A stretch of 64,000 bases of DNA from Ruminococcaceae bacterium UBA6353 (GTDB lineage Bacteria; Bacillota; Clostridia; Oscillospirales; Acutalibacteraceae), in NCBI GenBank assembly GCA_002437905.1, contig DJRT01000014.1:55917-119916 (forward strand). The letters are read 5' to 3'. The translations under genes and the position numbers were made by a program. How positions within the stretch are numbered: the first letter of the stretch is position 1; each line of letters opens with the position of its first letter. Below are positions 27,412 to 36,346 of the stretch, piece by piece. Below the pieces are notes generated by a model. That model had not been told where the DNA came from. It searched no databases and worked only from the letters and a program-made list of their open reading frames with translations.

Positions 27412-28323
27412 ATGAAAACTGCTACCCTACATAAGCTGCGGCGCCTGCGGCTGGGCCATGCGCCCGGCAGCCTGAGCAGCCGCCGCTTTACCCGCTCGCG
27501 CTTCGGCAACTTCCTGTGCCTGCTGGTGATCGTGCTGGCCGGCCTGTTTACCATGCTGCCGCTGATCTACGCGGTGGCGACTTCCTTTAAGCCGCTGGAT
27601 GAGCTGCTGCTGTTTCCGCCGCGCTTTTTTGTGCGGCGTCCCACGATTGAAAACTACACAGCGCTGTCCGGGCTGCTGTCGGATCAGTTTATCCCCCTGG
27701 GACGGTATCTGTTTAACAGCCTGTCCATCAGTGCCGTGACCACGGCGGTCTACATTCTGATCTCGGCTATGGCGGCCTTTGGCCTGTGCAAATCCCGGTT
27801 CCGCTTCTGCGGGCCGCTGTTCATGATCGTGCAGTTTGCACTGCTGTTTAACCCCTATACGCTGGCGGTGCCGCAGTATCTGATCCTGGCCCGCCTGCAT
27901 GTGATCGATACCTATTGGGCCTACATACTGCCGCAGCTTTCGGCTACGCTGGGTGTTTTCCTGCTCAAGCAGTATATGGAGGGCGCCCTGCCGGACGCTC
28001 TGCTGGAGGCGGCGCGCATCGACGGCGCGGGGCTGTTCCGGGTGTTTTTCCAGATCGCCCTGCCGCTGGTGAAGCCGGCGCTGCTGACGCTGATGCTTTT
28101 CTGCTTCCGCGATTCCTGGGCGATGGTGCCGCAGGGCACCATCTTCCGCGAGCAGCTGAAAACGCTGCCGATGGTCATGTCCCAGATCGCCGCCGGCGGC
28201 ATTGCCCGTTCCGGCAGCGCCATGGCGGTAACGGTCATTCTGATGATCCCGCCGGTGATCGTGTATCTGATCTCGCAGAGCAATGTGATCGAGTCGATGA
28301 GCAGTGTCGGCATTAAGGAATAA
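27412..28323 (+). CDS. Carbohydrate ABC transporter permease (MalG/UgpE-like), importer 1
   Basis: EAA loop LLEAARIDGAGLFRVFFQIALP. RBS GGAAGGTGA. Confidence 0.88.
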   Translation: MKTATLHKLRRLRLGHAPGSLSSRRFTRSRFGNFLCLLVIVLAGLFTMLPLIYAVATSFKPLDELLLFPPRFFVRRPTIENYTALSGLLSDQFIPLGRYLFNSLSISAVTTAVYILISAMAAFGLCKSRFRFCGPLFMIVQFALLFNPYTLAVPQYLILARLHVIDTYWAYILPQLSATLGVFLLKQYMEGALPDALLEAARIDGAGLFRVFFQIALPLVKPALLTLMLFCFRDSWAMVPQGTIFREQLKTLPMVMSQIAAGGIARSGSAMAVTVILMIPPVIVYLISQSNVIESMSSVGIKE

Positions 28324-28349
28324 GACAGCACCGTTGGGAGGATGGCAAG

Positions 28350-30464
28350 TTGAAACATTTGAAAAGGATCGTAGCGTTGGCAGCGGTGCTGTGCCTGCTG
28401 GCTGCACCGCTGACAGTGGCTGCGCAGTCAACCTACGGTGACATTCCGGTCGAAAGCTATACCTATTGGGAAAAGGTCGGCTCCGGCAGCCGCAAGGCGG
28501 TCTATTCGCAGCCGATGTATCAGGTGAAGGCCATGGTGACGGCCGAAACGCTGGGCGTTGCGGACTTCAACAGCCTTTCGGCGGTGTGCACCGATACGCA
28601 GGGGAATATCTACCTGCTGGACGGGGCGGCATCGCGCCTGGTGATCACCGACAGCCAGTACACCGTTCTCCGGGAGCTGACGACGGTGGACGATAACGGC
28701 ACGCCGCTGGACTTTACCGGGGCGCGGGATGTGTATGTGCGTGCGGACGGCACGATCTACCTGTGTGATACGGACCACGCCCGTGTGCTGAAGTGCGACG
28801 CCGAGGGACGGCTGACCGGCATGCTGACGCTGCCGGAGTCCACGCTGATCCCGGAGGGCTTCAATTACGCCCCCATTGCCGTGGCGGTGGACTCCGCCGG
28901 CTATGCCTATGTGCTGTGCGACGGCTCCTACTACGGCGCAATTCTCTATACCCCGGAGGAGACCTTCGGCGGCTTCTATGGCGCCAATAAGGTCCGCAAG
29001 ACGGTGGTGCAGGCGTTTTCCACCATGCTCAGCCGGGTGTTTGTAAACAATGCGAAAAAATCCGTCAGCCAGAGCGAGCTGCCCTTCTGCTTTGTCGATA
29101 TCAGCATCGACCGGGAGGATTTTGTCTATACCGCCACCGGCTATACCGATATTTCCGGTATGAAGGGGCAGGTGAAGAAGCTCAGCCCCGGCAACGGCAC
29201 CAATATTCTGGATTCGGACAGCGTCAACTTTGCCGATGACGGCTCCAACTGGACCTTCCGTGTGGGTGAGCTGCTGCGGCAGGATATCACGGCGCTGACG
29301 GTGGATGACCAGGGCTTTATCTACTGCCTGGACAGCACCTATGGGCGCGTGTACCTGTATGACCAGGAGTGCCACCTGCTGTCCGCCTTTGGCGGCGGTA
29401 TGGGCACCGGCACGCAGGAGGGCGTGTTCCAGAAGGCGGTCGGCCTGACCCTGAACGGCAGTGACTTGCTGGTCTGTGACGGTACAAAAAACGCGCTGAC
29501 CGTGCTGGCGCTGACGCCGTTCGGCGAACAATTCAAGCAGGCGCGGGCGCTGACCATCGGCGGCAAGTACCTGGAGGCGAAGCCCCTGTGGCAGGAGGTG
29601 CTGCGGCAGGATAGCAACTGCCAGCTGGCCTACAACGGCCTGGCCCGTGCCAGCCTGGCGGAGGAGGACTATGACGCGGCAATGGCCTATGCGCGCAAGG
29701 GCTATGACCGGGACACCTATGACCTGGCCTTCAGCGAGGTGCGCACTGCCTTTATCAGCCGCAATTTCTCCTGGCTGCTGGCGCTGGCGATCCTGGTGAT
29801 CGGCGGTCTGCTGGTGCTGATGGTGGTTTCCATGCGCCGCCAGTTCAATCTGATCAAAAATCCCCGGCTGCGTCTGCTGTTCCATATGCTGGCTCACCCG
29901 TTTGACGCATTCGGCACAATCAAGGATAAAAAGCAGGGCTCGGTGCTGATCGGTACGGTGCTGCTGGTGCTCTATTATATCGGCACCGTGCTGTCGGATC
30001 TGTGCGGTGGCTTCTCCTTCACCTATGTGGATCTGGCCAGCTACAATTCCCTGTTCGTGTTCCTGCGCAGCGTCGGCGTGGTGCTGCTGTGGGTCATCTG
30101 CAATAAGGCAGTGACGGCGCTGATGGACGGCAAGGGCACCGGCAAGGAGATCTATATCGTCACCACCTACAGTCTGGTGCCGATGATCCTTTCCCGCTTT
30201 GTATATCTCGCCCTGTCCAATGCCCTGCGCTCGGACGAGGCGGAATTCCTGAATATCTTCTGCGGTGTGATGCTGGTGTGGACGCTGCTGCTGATCGTGG
30301 TCGGCACCATCCGCATCCACGATTACGGCATGGGCAAATTCCTCGGCACCACGGTGCTGAGCGTCGCCGGCATGGCGATCGTGCTGTTCCTGCTGATTAT
30401 GGTGTTCATCCTCTCCCAGCAGTTTATCGGCTTTTTGACGACGCTGTTTTTGGAGATCGTGTAA
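28350..30464 (+). CDS. Secreted NHL-repeat-like beta-propeller / TPR / C-terminal Yip1-type polytopic membrane protein
   Basis: TTG start 7 nt after GGGAGGA. Signal peptide (LAAPLTVAAQS). Repeated GxIYxxD/YVLCDG propeller-like blades, a TPR-like stretch (LEAKPLWQEVLRQDSNCQLAYNGLARASLAEEDYDAAMAYARKGY), then five hydrophobic helices of Yip1 type. Confidence 0.75.
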   Translation: MKHLKRIVALAAVLCLLAAPLTVAAQSTYGDIPVESYTYWEKVGSGSRKAVYSQPMYQVKAMVTAETLGVADFNSLSAVCTDTQGNIYLLDGAASRLVITDSQYTVLRELTTVDDNGTPLDFTGARDVYVRADGTIYLCDTDHARVLKCDAEGRLTGMLTLPESTLIPEGFNYAPIAVAVDSAGYAYVLCDGSYYGAILYTPEETFGGFYGANKVRKTVVQAFSTMLSRVFVNNAKKSVSQSELPFCFVDISIDREDFVYTATGYTDISGMKGQVKKLSPGNGTNILDSDSVNFADDGSNWTFRVGELLRQDITALTVDDQGFIYCLDSTYGRVYLYDQECHLLSAFGGGMGTGTQEGVFQKAVGLTLNGSDLLVCDGTKNALTVLALTPFGEQFKQARALTIGGKYLEAKPLWQEVLRQDSNCQLAYNGLARASLAEEDYDAAMAYARKGYDRDTYDLAFSEVRTAFISRNFSWLLALAILVIGGLLVLMVVSMRRQFNLIKNPRLRLLFHMLAHPFDAFGTIKDKKQGSVLIGTVLLVLYYIGTVLSDLCGGFSFTYVDLASYNSLFVFLRSVGVVLLWVICNKAVTALMDGKGTGKEIYIVTTYSLVPMILSRFVYLALSNALRSDEAEFLNIFCGVMLVWTLLLIVVGTIRIHDYGMGKFLGTTVLSVAGMAIVLFLLIMVFILSQQFIGFLTTLFLEIV

Positions 30465-32740
30465 TGGCGCATGGTAGACGAGGAGGTCTGGTTGCTCTGA
30501 AAAAGATACGAATTGTGGCGGCGGTGGCCGCCGGCTGCCTGCTGCTGACCGGCCTGACGGGCTGCAGCGCACAGCCGACCGGTATCCGGCCGGCCGCGTT
30601 TGACACCACGGCTGTGTCGCAGGCTCCGGAGGGCGGCATCGTGGCGGAAAACAGCCGCTACCGGCTGGAGTGGGACGACGCCAAAAAGACGGTCGCCCTG
30701 ACGGATATACAGCGCGGTACGCGCTTTTCCACCGATCCTGCGGCCTCGGCCGAGCCGGAATATGACGAGCTTGGTATGCCGGTGAAGAGCAATCCGCTGC
30801 TCTCCTCGGCACTGCAGCTGAAATACATTGACGCCGTTTCCGGCCATGAGGTATCCGCCAACTCCTATAATGGGGCGGTGCGCAATGGCCGTGTGCTGGC
30901 GACCACGCTGGAGGACGGCCTGCTGGTGACCTACTATTTTGATGAGATCCAGGTGGCCGTGCCGGTGGAGTACCGCCTGCGGGAGACCGGGCTGGCGGTG
31001 ACGGTGCGCACCAAGCAGCTGCAGGAGGGCGAGAACCGCGTCACTGAGCTGTCCCTGCTGCCCTTTATGTGTGCGGTGGAGAACACGGCGCAGGATGCCT
31101 ATCTGTTCCTGCCCTCCGGCTCCGGCGCGCTGGTGTATCCCAAGACCCTGTCGGCTACCGGCGTCAGCTACCGCCAGTCGATCTACGGCGATGACCCGAT
31201 GATCGAAGTGTTCGATTCGCCCTCTGTGGAGGCGCCGGTGCGGCTGCCGGTCTACGGCGCGAAAAACGGCGATACCGCCCTGTGCGCAGTCGTGGAGGAG
31301 GGCGCTGAGTCCGCGATGCTGGACGCCCTGATCGGCGGCAGCTCCTACCGCTATTCCGCGGCGTATGCCACACTGCGGCTGCGCGGCTATGCCAACCTGC
31401 GCGTGAAGGCGTACACCGGCAATATCATCCAAAGCGATTACTATACCGAGGATATCGTGGACACCACCCTGACGGTCGCCTACACGCCTCTGTATGATGC
31501 ACAGGCGGATTACATCGGCATGGCGGGTGTCTACCGCAGCTATCTGCAGACGGCCGGCCTGCTGACCGGGACGGACAGCGCGGCGGCCCCCTATACGCTG
31601 TATATCTACGGCGGCCTGATGAGCAAGCAGTCCTTCCTCGGTATCCCGCACAGCACCATGACCGTGCTGACGGATACCAAACAGGCCGAAACCATGCTGC
31701 GTGAGCTGAGCGAGGCTACCGGGCAGCAGCCGGCCGTGTATCTGAAGGGCTTCGGCGGCACCGGACTGACCACCGGCAAGCTGGCCGGCGGCTATACGGT
31801 AAACAGCCGGCTGGGCGGTGTGAAGGGCCTGAACACCCTGTCGGCCTACTGCCGGGAAAGCAGCATCCCGCTGTATTTCAATGTGGATCTGCTGCGCTTC
31901 AGAAAGAGCAGCGGCGGCTGGAATAAGCTGACCAGCTCGGCGCAGGCAGCCAATATGAAGAATTACTACCCGGTGCGGTACTATGTTTCCCTGCGCAGCA
32001 AGAATACAGGCACCAAGTACGCGCTGCTGACCCGCGAGAAGCTGGCGGATGCCACGGCGCGCCTGCTGAAGAAGACCGCCGGCTGGCAGGTGGAGGGTCT
32101 GGCCTTTGATACGCTGGCCGATACCGCCTATTCGGATTACGGCACCGGCTACTACTGCCAGCAGGGCATGGCGCAGACCGTGACCGATGCCCTGGCCGCC
32201 GTGCAGAATAGCGGCCGCCGGGTGGCCGTGAGTGAGGCCAACGGGTACGCCGCCGCGGCAGCGGAGCAGGTGTTCAATGTGCCGCTCAGCTCGGCCAAAT
32301 ACGATGTTTTTGATGAGGATGTGCCGTTCTATGCGGCCGTCTTTAAGGGGCACACCGCCCTGTCCACCCCCGCGATCGACCTGGCCACCCGCCCGCAGGA
32401 TGCCCTGCTGGCGGCTATGGAGGCCGGCTGTGCGCCGACCTGGTCGCTGATGTACCGGTACGATACCGCCGTGCTGAACTGCACCACGGCGGAGCTGCAC
32501 GCCGGCGTCTATGCGGAGTGGAAGGATGCGATCGTGCAGACGGTCAAGGAGGTCGCACCGTTCTACACCGCCATTGCCGGAGCCGAGATCACGGCGCACC
32601 GGCTGCTGGAGGGCGGCGTGCGGGTGACCGAATTCAGTAACGGTGTGCAGGTGGCGGTCAACCGCAGCGATACGGCGCAGCCGTCGCCGCTGGGTACCGT
32701 GGAGGCCTGGAGCTATCGGATCGGAGGGATCACCGGATGA
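30464..32740 (+). CDS. Large lipoprotein of unknown function (DUF5696-like from memory of the operon context)
   Basis: Its ATG overlaps the upstream stop (TAATG at 30462-30466). Lipobox LLLTGLTGC. 758 aa, soluble, rich in aromatic and Gly residues. Its stop overlaps the next start (ATGA at 32737-32740). Confidence 0.7.
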   Translation: MAHGRRGGLVALKKIRIVAAVAAGCLLLTGLTGCSAQPTGIRPAAFDTTAVSQAPEGGIVAENSRYRLEWDDAKKTVALTDIQRGTRFSTDPAASAEPEYDELGMPVKSNPLLSSALQLKYIDAVSGHEVSANSYNGAVRNGRVLATTLEDGLLVTYYFDEIQVAVPVEYRLRETGLAVTVRTKQLQEGENRVTELSLLPFMCAVENTAQDAYLFLPSGSGALVYPKTLSATGVSYRQSIYGDDPMIEVFDSPSVEAPVRLPVYGAKNGDTALCAVVEEGAESAMLDALIGGSSYRYSAAYATLRLRGYANLRVKAYTGNIIQSDYYTEDIVDTTLTVAYTPLYDAQADYIGMAGVYRSYLQTAGLLTGTDSAAAPYTLYIYGGLMSKQSFLGIPHSTMTVLTDTKQAETMLRELSEATGQQPAVYLKGFGGTGLTTGKLAGGYTVNSRLGGVKGLNTLSAYCRESSIPLYFNVDLLRFRKSSGGWNKLTSSAQAANMKNYYPVRYYVSLRSKNTGTKYALLTREKLADATARLLKKTAGWQVEGLAFDTLADTAYSDYGTGYYCQQGMAQTVTDALAAVQNSGRRVAVSEANGYAAAAAEQVFNVPLSSAKYDVFDEDVPFYAAVFKGHTALSTPAIDLATRPQDALLAAMEAGCAPTWSLMYRYDTAVLNCTTAELHAGVYAEWKDAIVQTVKEVAPFYTAIAGAEITAHRLLEGGVRVTEFSNGVQVAVNRSDTAQPSPLGTVEAWSYRIGGITG

Positions 32741-33624
32741 AAAAGAAGAAGCTGCGCGGCATTGATTCGCTGAAAAGCCGCTACGGGCTGATGTTCGTCT
32801 CCATCTGGGTGGTCGGCTTTGTGCTGTTTTTCCTTGTACCGCTGTGCCAGTCCTTTACCTACGCGTTCTGCGATGTGGTGTTTGGCAGCGACAAGGGCGG
32901 CAATACCTTTGTGGGAATCAAGCACTTCCGCACGCTGCTGCTGGAGGACCCCAGCTATACCGATAACCTGCGCTCGGCGGTCAGCTCCATGCTGTACTCG
33001 CTGCCGCTGATCCTGATTGTCAGCCTGGTGCTGGCACTGATCCTCAACCAGAAATTCCGCGGCCGTCTGTTCTTCCGGGCAGTGTATTTTCTGCCGGTCA
33101 TCATCGCCTCCGGCGTGGTGATGCAGCTGATCAGCGGCCAGCTTAATTCCTCCGATCAGCTGTCCTCCTCCGTCACGGAGAATATGTTTTCCGTTGCGGA
33201 TATCATGAATGTGCTGAACCTGCCGACGGCAGTGGCCACCTATGTGCAGAAGATCATCAGCAGCATTTTCTCGCTGCTGTGGCAGTGCGGTATCCAGATC
33301 GTGCTGTTTATCGCCGGCCTGCAGTCCATCCCGTCCAGCCTGTATGAGGCCAGCCGGGTGGAGGGCGCCTCCCGGTGGGAGGATTTCTGGTTCATCACCT
33401 TCCCCATGCTTTCGCGCGTGACGCTGCTGGTGGGGGTGTTCACCATGATCGAGCTGTTCACCGCCACCACCAGTCCGGTCATCCGGACGGCGTACTCCAA
33501 GATGGGCGTGGGTATCTATGATGTATCCTCGGCCATGCTGTGGATGTACTTTGCGGTGGTCGGCGCGGTAATGGGTCTTGTGATCCTGCTGTATACGCGG
33601 CTGCTGATGAAGCGGTGGGAATGA
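32737..33624 (+). CDS. Carbohydrate ABC transporter permease, importer 2
   Basis: EAA loop LYEASRVEGASRWEDFWFITFP and six TM helices. Translationally coupled to the upstream gene. Confidence 0.88.
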   Translation: MKKKKLRGIDSLKSRYGLMFVSIWVVGFVLFFLVPLCQSFTYAFCDVVFGSDKGGNTFVGIKHFRTLLLEDPSYTDNLRSAVSSMLYSLPLILIVSLVLALILNQKFRGRLFFRAVYFLPVIIASGVVMQLISGQLNSSDQLSSSVTENMFSVADIMNVLNLPTAVATYVQKIISSIFSLLWQCGIQIVLFIAGLQSIPSSLYEASRVEGASRWEDFWFITFPMLSRVTLLVGVFTMIELFTATTSPVIRTAYSKMGVGIYDVSSAMLWMYFAVVGAVMGLVILLYTRLLMKRWE

Positions 33625-33634
33625 GAGGTGTGCC

Positions 33635-34612
33635 ATGAACGATAAAAAACTCGGCGGCGGACTTTCCGCCTGCCCAAAGGCGGCACGCAAAACGGCCGAT
33701 GTCGTGGTCGCCGTGGTGCGGTGGTTCATCCTGCTGGCCATCGGCTATATTGTCATCTATCCGCTGTTTTATATGATCACCTCCTCCCTGAGCTCCCGCA
33801 GCTCGCTGCTGGATCCCACCAGCGTGTGGATCCCGAAGGAGCTGACGCTGGATAACTTCAAATTCATGTGGGAGGTCATGGACTACGGCAAGGCATTCCT
33901 GTCCACCGTGCGGGTGGAACTGGTCAGTGCGCTGATCGAGGTGCTGACCTGTGCCATCGTCGCCTATGGCTTTGCCCGCTTCCGCTTTCCCGGCAAGCGG
34001 CTGATGACCGCGGCGCTGTTCCTTACCATTCTGATCCCGGCGCCGATGATTATTATTCCGCTGATGATCAACTTTTCCCACCTGGATCTGTTCGGCATCC
34101 TGTCGCTGGTCAAGACGCTGGGAGGCCCGGATCTGCGGCTGGATCTGCTGGGCACGCCGTGGACCTTCTGGCTGCCCTCGCTGTTCGCCAACGGCCTGCG
34201 TGCCGGCATCATGATCTACATATACATCCAGTTTTTCAAGGGCCTGCCCGGTGAGCTGGAGGAGGCTGCCTGGATGGACGGCGCCGGCCCCATCCGCACC
34301 TTCTTCTCCATCGCGGTGCCCTCCTCCAGCGTGGTTATTCTCACGGTCACGGTGTTCTCCATCATCTGGCACTGGAACGATTCCTTCCTGGCCACCATGT
34401 ACATGGATACCGACTATCCCCTGAGCGTGACCATGAGCAAGCTGGTGGAACTGCTGACCTACAAGAATGTCTACCTGTCTCCGGACCGGCCGGAGGGACT
34501 GGCCTATATCATGGCCGCCTGCCTGATGTTCATTCTGCCGCCGCTGGTATTCTACCTGATCGTGCAGCACTGGTTTGTGGAGAGCATCGACCGGGTGGGT
34601 ATCACCGGCTAA
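33635..34612 (+). CDS. Carbohydrate ABC transporter permease, importer 2
   Basis: EAA loop LEEAAWMDGAGPIRTFFSIAVP. RBS GAGAGG. Confidence 0.88.
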   Translation: MNDKKLGGGLSACPKAARKTADVVVAVVRWFILLAIGYIVIYPLFYMITSSLSSRSSLLDPTSVWIPKELTLDNFKFMWEVMDYGKAFLSTVRVELVSALIEVLTCAIVAYGFARFRFPGKRLMTAALFLTILIPAPMIIIPLMINFSHLDLFGILSLVKTLGGPDLRLDLLGTPWTFWLPSLFANGLRAGIMIYIYIQFFKGLPGELEEAAWMDGAGPIRTFFSIAVPSSSVVILTVTVFSIIWHWNDSFLATMYMDTDYPLSVTMSKLVELLTYKNVYLSPDRPEGLAYIMAACLMFILPPLVFYLIVQHWFVESIDRVGITG

Positions 34613-34785
34613 GCCGGCAGCAAGAGAGCCTTTTCCCCTGCGGCGGGCGCCCTGCATACGGGCGCTGTGGCCGCATTGCATAGCGAAAAAAGACGAAAAG
34701 CGCGTTTAGAGGAAAGAGGAGGTGGCGCAGCCCTACAATGTGTCCACGCAAATACCCCATAACACACAGAAAGGATGGAACAAGT

Positions 34786-36237
34786 ATGAACGGCAAGACT
34801 TTTGTAAAGCTGCTGGCACTGCTGTGCGTTTTTGTGATGCTGCTGACGGTCACCACCGCCTGCGGCAAGGGCAAAAACGAGAGTGACGAATACAGCGTTA
34901 TCTGGGAGGAGGTCAGCGGCGACGGAACCTCCACCGGTGAAAGCAATGCTCCCGGCGGCCAGGATACCTCCGACGGCCAGGGTGGCAGCCAGGGCGGCAG
35001 CCACGGCAATACCAGCGGCGGCCAGGCCAACACCAGCGGTGGGAAGAACAACACCAGCGGCTCCGGCACCAGCACCAGCGTGGATGCCAGCAAGTACCGC
35101 GGCACCGTGGTGAAGTACGCCACCTGGAAGGATCCCAAGCTGAATGAGGACGGCAGCGTGGTGGAGGCCTTCCAGAAGCGCTACGGCATCACCGTGCAGG
35201 TGGTCAGCGTGCCGCAGGGCGGCTATATCCAGAAGATCATGGGTTACATCGCCTCCGGCGATGCCCCGGATGTGTACATTGATACCGCCGAATGGCCGGC
35301 TACCCTCGGCATTGCCGCGCCGATCACCGACGCGCAGATCGATATGTCCGACCCCATCTGGGATCAGGCTACCTTCAAGACCACGACCATCAACGGCAAG
35401 GTCTACGGCTGCAATACCCTCGGCAATGTGTGGTCGGAGGCGGACTGCGTCTTCTTCAACAAGAAGCTGATGGAGGACAACAATATCACCACCCCCGCCG
35501 AGTACTATGCCGCGGGCAAGTGGGATCTGGACGCCATGGAGAAGTGCCTGCGGGATGTGAAGAACGCCGGCTACAAGGGCGGCTTCACGCGGCCGGAGTC
35601 CCTGGCGGCCTGCTACGACGGCGACTGGGTGAAGATGCAGGACGGCAAGATGGTGAACAACAGCGGCAGCTCCATGCTGACCAATGTGTACAAGCGCATT
35701 GCCAAGTGGTATGAGGAGGGCCTGCTGGTAACGGCGGACAGCTACTTCAATGACGGCAATGTGGGCCTGTGCATCGACCCCGCATTCGGCCTCAAGCGCA
35801 CCGGCACCTTCGCCAAGATGAACCAGGACTATGTCGGCTATACCTTCATGCCCGATTATGACAAGAACACCAAAGCACAGCCCTGCGGCATCGACCGCTT
35901 CTACGGCGTGTGCAAGAAGGCGCCCAACCCGGTGGCGGCCGGCATCTTCCTGCGCTATTACCTCGATTCCGCCAACTATGACCTGAACAAGACCTTCATC
36001 TCCACCGATGCCGCCACCTTCTTCTTCAAGGTGACCAGCGCCGCCGTGGAAAAGAAGAACATCTACTACATGAACGGTGTGGCGGATGTGGTCGGTACCT
36101 TTACCTGGTTCAAGTATTGCGATATGCCCTATAGCTACTCCTCGCAGCAGATCGGCACGGCTATCCAGGCCGAGAACAATGTGATCGAGGGCTACTGCAA
36201 GACGGTGAACGAGTACATCAAGACCCAGACCCAATAA
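34786..36237 (+). CDS. Extracellular solute-binding lipoprotein, importer 2
   Basis: ATG at 34786 after AAAGGATGG. Lipobox LTVTTAC. A long Gly/Ser/Thr linker is followed by a family-1 sugar-binding-protein-like body (YATWKDPK..., GKVYGC...). Confidence 0.85.
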   Translation: MNGKTFVKLLALLCVFVMLLTVTTACGKGKNESDEYSVIWEEVSGDGTSTGESNAPGGQDTSDGQGGSQGGSHGNTSGGQANTSGGKNNTSGSGTSTSVDASKYRGTVVKYATWKDPKLNEDGSVVEAFQKRYGITVQVVSVPQGGYIQKIMGYIASGDAPDVYIDTAEWPATLGIAAPITDAQIDMSDPIWDQATFKTTTINGKVYGCNTLGNVWSEADCVFFNKKLMEDNNITTPAEYYAAGKWDLDAMEKCLRDVKNAGYKGGFTRPESLAACYDGDWVKMQDGKMVNNSGSSMLTNVYKRIAKWYEEGLLVTADSYFNDGNVGLCIDPAFGLKRTGTFAKMNQDYVGYTFMPDYDKNTKAQPCGIDRFYGVCKKAPNPVAAGIFLRYYLDSANYDLNKTFISTDAATFFFKVTSAAVEKKNIYYMNGVADVVGTFTWFKYCDMPYSYSSQQIGTAIQAENNVIEGYCKTVNEYIKTQTQ

Positions 36238-36258
36238 GGGTACGGACGGATGAGCAGA

Positions 36259-36297
36259 ACCCCGGACAGCCCCGCCAGCCGGGGCGGTCCGGGTTTA
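36259..36297 (+). terminator. Strong intra-operon hairpin after the binding-protein gene (attenuator or mRNA-stabilising element)
   Basis: CCCGGACAGCCCCG / CGGGGCGGTCCGGG pairs at 13 of 14 positions, with a CCAGC loop. Only TTT follows, so termination is probably partial. Confidence 0.45.
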
Positions 36298-36346
36298 CCC
36301 CCAAGCAGGACCCAAAGACCAAAATGAAGAAAGGTGGAAAGAAACA

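Noticed and set aside
28428-32599. 794-aa and 758-aa minus-strand ORFs (28428..30812, 30323..32599) overlapping the Yip1-type and lipoprotein genes
   Set aside because: These are high-GC antisense artefacts. The products are low complexity (runs of G, R, A, Q, H), with no start context. They conflict with translationally coupled plus-strand genes that have signal peptides and lipoboxes.
34613-34785. 173-nt spacer before the second binding-protein gene as a possible riboswitch
   Set aside because: It contains only a short GC hairpin (GCGCCC...GGGCGC) and no conserved riboswitch core that I recognise. An internal promoter is the more likely explanation, but I could not identify convincing -35/-10 elements.
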